32,272 nt of DNA from positions 1 to 32,272 of the forward strand of contig JBKPAK010000327.1 in NCBI GenBank assembly GCA_046726415.1. Reading direction: 5' to 3'. The number at the start of each line of letters is the position of its first letter. Position 1 is the stretch's first letter. The translations under genes were made by a program, and so were the position numbers. Below, piece by piece: positions 27,173 through 32,272 of the stretch. Below the pieces are notes generated by a model. It was not told the DNA's origin and did not search any database. It saw only the letters and a program-made list of their open reading frames with translations. This DNA comes from Candidatus Methylomirabilota bacterium (GTDB taxonomy: Bacteria > Methylomirabilota > Methylomirabilia > Rokubacteriales > CSP1-6).

Positions 27173-28321
27173 TCACTGACCAGCGTCGCGATGGAGCTGC
27201 TTACCGGCTTCGCGATAGAGCTCACCGGCGTCTCGATAAAGATAGGCGGCGATGTGCCGGGCGTCGGCTTCGGTCACGCCGAGCTGCGGCATGATGGTCT
27301 CGGGATCCAGGGCGCGGGGGTCCCGGATCCACGCCACGAGATTGCTGGCATTGTTGACGAGTCGTCCCGCCAGGTATGGGCGCCCCGCGAGCCCGGCTAG
27401 CGGGGGACCGATTATGCCCCGGGTGGCTGGCACGCCCGGAATGACGTGACAGCCGCCACAGCCATAGGTGCGGATGGCTTTGGCGCCGAGCCGGGAATCG
27501 CCATCGACGACGATGTGCTCGGCCCGCGGAGGCTGACCGCTGCAGCCCGCGCCTACCATGAGGAGCAGGACGATTCCGATGGCTGGCGAGCTTGGGTTGG
27601 TCAGAGCAGAGCGCTCCGCCATGCGAAGCCACCCAGCGACAACGGCCACGGCGGCGGCGGCGTACGCCACGCCGCCCGGTAGCCACATAAGCAGACCCGC
27701 CAGCTGTTGGTCCTCAGTCGGCGTCAGCCCCCACGCGCTGGCCGTGGTGCTGTGGGCGGCGGCATACCAGGTCGTTTCCGCGAAGGTTATCAGGGCGCCA
27801 AGTACGGCACATTGGGCCGCGGCCATGAACAGATAGAGTGTGGCGCCCACACCGGGTATAGAGCATCTGGCCGGTGGGAGCACGCGGGCCCAGAACAGCC
27901 ATGCCGTGGTGAGCAGAGTCGTATGCTCCAAGGCGTGCAGCCACGCGCTCCGCAAGGCCGCTTCGTAGAGCACGGGCAGGTGCCAAGCCCACAACACCGT
28001 CACATGGACCAGCCAGATACTCACTGTTCCCACGGGAGATCGCACGATCCCCGGCAACCCGCGAAGAAACCGCATCGCGCGGCCGAACGCCAGACGCGAG
28101 CGGCGCGGCAGGTATCGCAGAAGATGTCCTGGGGCAGCCATGGCCAGGAGGGGCGCGGCCACTACGACGAGGAGAAGGTGTTGCACCATGTGGGCCGCGA
28201 ACAGCGCTTCGGCGAGCGCGTGGGACGGTGGCGCCAGGGCTGCCACGAGCGCGACGACGCCGCCGAGCCCGCACGCGTCGGCACGGGTCAGGCGCGCACG
28301 GATCATACTGAGCCTGCTCAT
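27173..28321 (-). CDS. ctaG: Caa3-type CtaG assembly factor fused to a c-type cytochrome
   Basis: AHMVQHLLL, WAWHLP.LY, HALEH and DQQLAGLLMW; then CGGCH, GPPL and IMP. ATGA overlap with subunit I. Confidence 0.88.
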   Translation of the reverse strand: MSRLSMIRARLTRADACGLGGVVALVAALAPPSHALAEALFAAHMVQHLLLVVVAAPLLAMAAPGHLLRYLPRRSRLAFGRAMRFLRGLPGIVRSPVGTVSIWLVHVTVLWAWHLPVLYEAALRSAWLHALEHTTLLTTAWLFWARVLPPARCSIPGVGATLYLFMAAAQCAVLGALITFAETTWYAAAHSTTASAWGLTPTEDQQLAGLLMWLPGGVAYAAAAVAVVAGWLRMAERSALTNPSSPAIGIVLLLMVGAGCSGQPPRAEHIVVDGDSRLGAKAIRTYGCGGCHVIPGVPATRGIIGPPLAGLAGRPYLAGRLVNNASNLVAWIRDPRALDPETIMPQLGVTEADARHIAAYLYRDAGELYREAGKQLHRDAGQ

Positions 28322-30849
28322 AGGTACAAGGTCGCGAGAACGATGATCCAGCTCAGGAGAGCGAAGTACGCCACGAGCGATGCGTTGAGAAGAACGGCAT
28401 GGCCGCGCGGATCCACGGGGCGCCACCAGGCCCAGAGCTGGGCGATCAGCAGCATGGCCAGCAGCAGGACCATCACGCTCCACTCGAATCCCAACAGGCC
28501 GAGCACGATAGAGCCGTACGCCCCCTCGCGCGAGGCGATGCCACTGGCGTGATAGGCCCATATCGAGAGTGCGAGGGACGCGGCGGTGAGCGTCGCCGTG
28601 GCGCCCAAGGCGAGCCGGCGGAGGCGTACCGCGCCGCGGGCCACGCTCCGGACGGCGAGCGCCATGGCGGCCGCAGCGCCGATGAGCGTTCCGGTGGCGG
28701 TGGCGATCAGGATTGGCCGCAGCGGGCCCGGCAGGGTCGCGCCTTCCGCGAAGGTGCCGCCGCCCAGATAGACGTAGCTCGCCAATAGGGTGACGAGCGC
28801 CGTGGCGAGGATGAGGACCATGACCACCGTCGCCCACCAACCATTGGACAGCGGTCCGGCCATGGCGAGCGGCAACCGCCCGGCCTGGGGAGCGCCCAGT
28901 TCGGCGATCGCCAGATCTTCCGAAGCGCGCGGCCAGAACCATCCCGTCACGCCGGCGAGACTGACGAGAAGCCCCGCGACGGCAAGGCCGCCGCTGTCGA
29001 GCAGCGCTGCCGCGAAGAGGGCGAGGAAGCCTACGGACAGCACGAACGGAAAGATCGTCGGCCCGGGCACGTGCGCGATGGCGAGCGGCCGGCCCTCCAG
29101 CGCCGAGACCACCAGGGCGCCGCGCCAACGCGTCGGTCCCACACGCAGCGGAGCCAGCGCCTGGGCGAGACGAGCGTCGCGCAGGCTCCCGCCATTCGGT
29201 TCCCACAGGGGATGGCGGCTCGTGACCACGGGGATCTCCGGGAATTGCGCTTGAGGTGGTGGTGAAGGCTCCGTCCACTCTAGCGTGTCGGCGTCCCAGG
29301 GATTGGCGCCGGCGGGCTCACCCCGGCGCAGACTCCACGCGACGTTGACGACGAAGAGCAGAACGCCGGCGGCGAAGCCCCAGGCGCCCGCGGTCGAGAC
29401 GACGTTGTACGGCGTCCACCCGAGCCCGTCGGGATAGACGGCGATCCTCCGTGGCATGCCGAGCAGCCCCACGGCGTGCATCGGGAAGAAGGCCACGTTG
29501 AAGAAGACGAACATCACCCCGAAGTTCCACCGGCCGAGGCGCTCGCTCAGCAGCCGCCCGGTGATCTTGGGGAGCCAGTAGTAGAGCGCTGCGAAGAGCG
29601 GGAACACGACGCCCCCGATCAGCACGTAGTGGAGGTGAGCGACGACGAAGTAAGAGTCGTGGGCCTGCCAGTTGAACGGCACCACCGCCAACATCACGCC
29701 AGTGAGTCCGCCCACCACGAAGATGGCGATGAACCCCACCACGAAGAGCAGGGCCGGGTGCCAGCGCGGCCGCCCCGAGCCCAGGGTCATGAGCCAGCTG
29801 AAGACCTGCACGCCGTTGGGGACCGCGATCATCATGGTGGCCGCGGTGAAGAAGGCCAGGGCGAGCGGGGCCAGGCCGGTGGTGAACATGTGGTGCGCCC
29901 ACAGGCCGAAGCTGATGAAGCCGGTGGCCACCAGGGCAAGAACCATCAGGGTGTAGCTCACCTGAGGCCGCCGCGCGAAGGTCTGCACGATGTGCGACAC
30001 CATGCCCACCGCGGGGACGAACATGATGTAGACCTCCGGGTGGCCGAAGACCCAGAAGAGATGTTGCCAGAGGAGCGGTTTGCCGCCAGCAGTCGGATCG
30101 AAGAATCGCGTGAGACCCTTGCGATCGAGCTCCAGCATCGCGGTGCCCACGATGAGGGGGGTGAAGGCGAAGATGATCATTACGCCAGTCACCAGCATGG
30201 CCCAGGCAAAGAGGGGCAGCCGCGCCAGGGACATCCCCGGTGCCCGCATCCGCAGCACGCCGACAATCATCTCGGCGGCGGCCCCCATCGCCGCGATCTC
30301 GGCCACGCTCAACCCGATGTCCCAGAAATCCATCCCGAGCCCTGGCGAATACTGAGGGCCGGTGAGGGGCACATAGGCGAACCACCCGCCGTCCGGGGCC
30401 GCCCCGACCAGGAAGCTCGAGTAGAGAAAGAGGCCCCCGAAGAGGTAGGTCCAGAAGCTCAGCGCGGTCATGCGTGGGAAGGGCAACTCACGCGTGCCGA
30501 GCATGAGGGGGAGCAGATAGGCGGCCATCGCCTCCAGGAACGGGATGACGAAGAGGAACATCATCGTCGTGCCGTGCATGGTGAACAATTGGTTGTATGT
30601 GGCTTCGCTGAGGAGCGTGTGGTGCGGGCGCAGAAGCTGCAACCGCATGAGCAGGGCCATGACCCCGCCGGCCAGGAAGAATCCGAAGGCCGCCACCATG
30701 TACCGGCACGAGATCGGAATGTTCTGGATGGTCCGGAGAGCGCCCAGGACGCCGCCGGGCTCTTCCCAGGTGGCCTCGAACGCCGCGCGGTCGAGCCGGT
30801 CGCCGTCCCCTGTGCTCACCGCGACCAGGCGCGGAGCTGGCCCCGGCAT
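28318..30849 (-). CDS. ctaD: Cytochrome c oxidase subunit I fused to a subunit III-like C-terminal region
   Basis: TMHG, WVFGHPEVY, WAHHM, AHLHY and GMPRR; extra TM helices after a PPP linker; TGATG coupling to subunit II. Confidence 0.93.
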   Translation of the reverse strand: MPGPAPRLVAVSTGDGDRLDRAAFEATWEEPGGVLGALRTIQNIPISCRYMVAAFGFFLAGGVMALLMRLQLLRPHHTLLSEATYNQLFTMHGTTMMFLFVIPFLEAMAAYLLPLMLGTRELPFPRMTALSFWTYLFGGLFLYSSFLVGAAPDGGWFAYVPLTGPQYSPGLGMDFWDIGLSVAEIAAMGAAAEMIVGVLRMRAPGMSLARLPLFAWAMLVTGVMIIFAFTPLIVGTAMLELDRKGLTRFFDPTAGGKPLLWQHLFWVFGHPEVYIMFVPAVGMVSHIVQTFARRPQVSYTLMVLALVATGFISFGLWAHHMFTTGLAPLALAFFTAATMMIAVPNGVQVFSWLMTLGSGRPRWHPALLFVVGFIAIFVVGGLTGVMLAVVPFNWQAHDSYFVVAHLHYVLIGGVVFPLFAALYYWLPKITGRLLSERLGRWNFGVMFVFFNVAFFPMHAVGLLGMPRRIAVYPDGLGWTPYNVVSTAGAWGFAAGVLLFVVNVAWSLRRGEPAGANPWDADTLEWTEPSPPPQAQFPEIPVVTSRHPLWEPNGGSLRDARLAQALAPLRVGPTRWRGALVVSALEGRPLAIAHVPGPTIFPFVLSVGFLALFAAALLDSGGLAVAGLLVSLAGVTGWFWPRASEDLAIAELGAPQAGRLPLAMAGPLSNGWWATVVMVLILATALVTLLASYVYLGGGTFAEGATLPGPLRPILIATATGTLIGAAAAMALAVRSVARGAVRLRRLALGATATLTAASLALSIWAYHASGIASREGAYGSIVLGLLGFEWSVMVLLLAMLLIAQLWAWWRPVDPRGHAVLLNASLVAYFALLSWIIVLATLYL

Positions 30850-31895
30850 CAGTGGAGGCTCGCTACGTAGTCCACGAGGGCATGGAACTCGTCGGAAGGC
30901 AGGGGAATGCGCGGCATCCGATTGCCGGGCTTCAACGTCTGGGGGTCGGCGATCCAGCCGGCGAGGTGCCCCTTGACGTTGGTGAGCGCGCCGGCGGCGA
31001 GCGTCCGTCGGCTGGCGACGTGCGTGAGATCCGGTCCGCCCCGGCCGAAGAACGCCGATGTTCCCCGCACCGCGTGACACTGCGCACAGTGAGCGAGAAA
31101 GATCTGCTGCGCGCGCTGGCGATCCGGTTCCCTGGCCGCTGCCGCCGGCCGGCGCTGCGCCTCGAGCCAGACGTCGAAATCGGCGGGAGGCAAAGCCACG
31201 ACGAGCAGCGCCATGCGGGAGTGCTGCACACCACAGAACTCGGCGCACAGGCCGTGGTAGGTCCCCGGGCGATCGGCGCGCAGCCACGTGATGTTCGTCT
31301 TGCCCGGGATGAGATCGAGCTTGCCCTGAAGAGCCGGCACCCACAGGCTGTGAATCACGTCGGCCGAGAAGAGCCGCAGCTCGACGCGTCGACCGACGGG
31401 CACGTGCAGCTCGTTGGCCGTGACCGCGGTGGCGTTTGCCCCTCCGCCGACATACCGCAGCTCCCACCACCACTGATGCGCCGTGACTTCCACGACGTGG
31501 GCGGCGGGCTCGGCGGCGAGAAGCCCTCCCTGGGTCCGCACGCTGACCACGCACAGCACGGGAACGACGAGAAGCGGAAGGACAATGCCGCCCGCCACCA
31601 CTCCGAAACGCGGCCAGAAGCGCGGAGGGCCGTGAGGCTGCCGCGGCGCGTTCGCTCCGCGCACGGCCCAGAGGGTCACCGCGGCAACGAGAAGATACAC
31701 GACAAGAGCCACCACCAGGAGGAACCACCAGAGGCTGGCGATCCGCTCAGCCCCAGGTCCGCGAGGACTCAATGCGGAGGCGGGGCCGGCGCATCCCGCG
31801 AGTAGGGTTGCTGTCGCGGCAGCGCTGAAGGCGCGCGCCAGCGCCAGGTCCGCCTTCCCGTCCCCCTCGACCACCCCGTTCAGCTCTATCCTCAC
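30849..31895 (-). CDS. ctaC: Cytochrome c oxidase subunit II with a C-terminal cytochrome c (caa3 type)
   Basis: Lipobox LAGC, HQWWW, DVIHS, CuA motif CAEFCGVQHSRM and heme motif CAQCH. Start uncertain (GTG 31874, 31895 or 31997). Confidence 0.92.
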   Translation of the reverse strand: MRIELNGVVEGDGKADLALARAFSAAATATLLAGCAGPASALSPRGPGAERIASLWWFLLVVALVVYLLVAAVTLWAVRGANAPRQPHGPPRFWPRFGVVAGGIVLPLLVVPVLCVVSVRTQGGLLAAEPAAHVVEVTAHQWWWELRYVGGGANATAVTANELHVPVGRRVELRLFSADVIHSLWVPALQGKLDLIPGKTNITWLRADRPGTYHGLCAEFCGVQHSRMALLVVALPPADFDVWLEAQRRPAAAAREPDRQRAQQIFLAHCAQCHAVRGTSAFFGRGGPDLTHVASRRTLAAGALTNVKGHLAGWIADPQTLKPGNRMPRIPLPSDEFHALVDYVASLH

Positions 31896-31977
31896 TTCGC
31901 GGGGTATCTGAAGCCAGGGCCGATCTAGCCGCCGCGACGCGCGCGGGGTTGTAAGGACTCCAAGCTCCTTGGAGAAC

Positions 31978-32196
31978 TTACAGGCGGCCCGACTCACGTG
32001 CTTCGGGCGCCCTCTTCTTCACCGCGCGCGGGCGCCGCATCCGGGCCATTCCGGACGTCGGTGCGGGGAGAGCTTCGACCGATGGCAAGGGGGGGCGGTA
32101 GCAGCTGACGTGAATCAATTGCTGCTTATCTACGAACGCGACCGCCTCGTCGAGGGGTAAGGGTTGAAGACAGATGGGACAGTCGACGCCTGCCAT
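31978..32196 (-). CDS. Small CxxC...HxxC zinc-finger-like protein
   Basis: CPIC-x19-HVSC, basic tail; GGAG upstream of the ATG. Confidence 0.65.
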   Translation of the reverse strand: MAGVDCPICLQPLPLDEAVAFVDKQQLIHVSCYRPPLPSVEALPAPTSGMARMRRPRAVKKRAPEARESGRL

Positions 32197-32272
32197 AGTT
32201 CGGCTCCAGTGCGAGGGTGCGACGCCCGCCCGCCGGTGCTACACGGACCCCGATGCCTGCCGCACTGCGGTT

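Noticed and set aside
28318..31728. 1136-aa and 701-aa extended versions of subunit I and CtaG
   Set aside because: The extensions overlap upstream genes out of frame and are R/G/A-rich noise; coupled starts at 30849 and 28321 fit better
1..32272. CRISPR array, tRNA/rRNA, transposase/integrase, defence system
   Set aside because: No regularly spaced repeats, RNA gene signatures or corresponding protein motifs seen

Overview
GC-rich bacterial window with no rRNA, tRNA, CRISPR or intact mobile element. It is an accessory general-stress and signalling region. It carries pssA (5' end probably outside the window), a divergent DedA / persulfide dioxygenase-rhodanese pair, and YihY. Next is a kaiA-less kaiC-kaiB-hybrid PAS kinase operon whose KaiC has SS phosphosites and a C-terminal coiled coil. 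Further genes: two lipoproteins, YtxH- and YflT-like stress proteins, two SDRs, a second hybrid kinase, a stand-alone receiver, a CNNM/CorC protein, a histone-like/DksA/DUF421 cluster, a pyruvate oxidase-like enzyme, a SleB-type hydrolase and DUF4142. The window ends with a caa3-type oxidase operon (II-cyt c, I+III, CtaG-cyt c). Main observations beyond the ORF track: (1) about 11 sigma54-type -24/-12 elements in front of the stress genes, including three divergent pairs; (2) an oxidase subunit I with both proton channels remodelled; (3) several broken genes, including an unannotated frameshifted zinc-ribbon gene. All family calls come from motif recognition by eye, without database searches.
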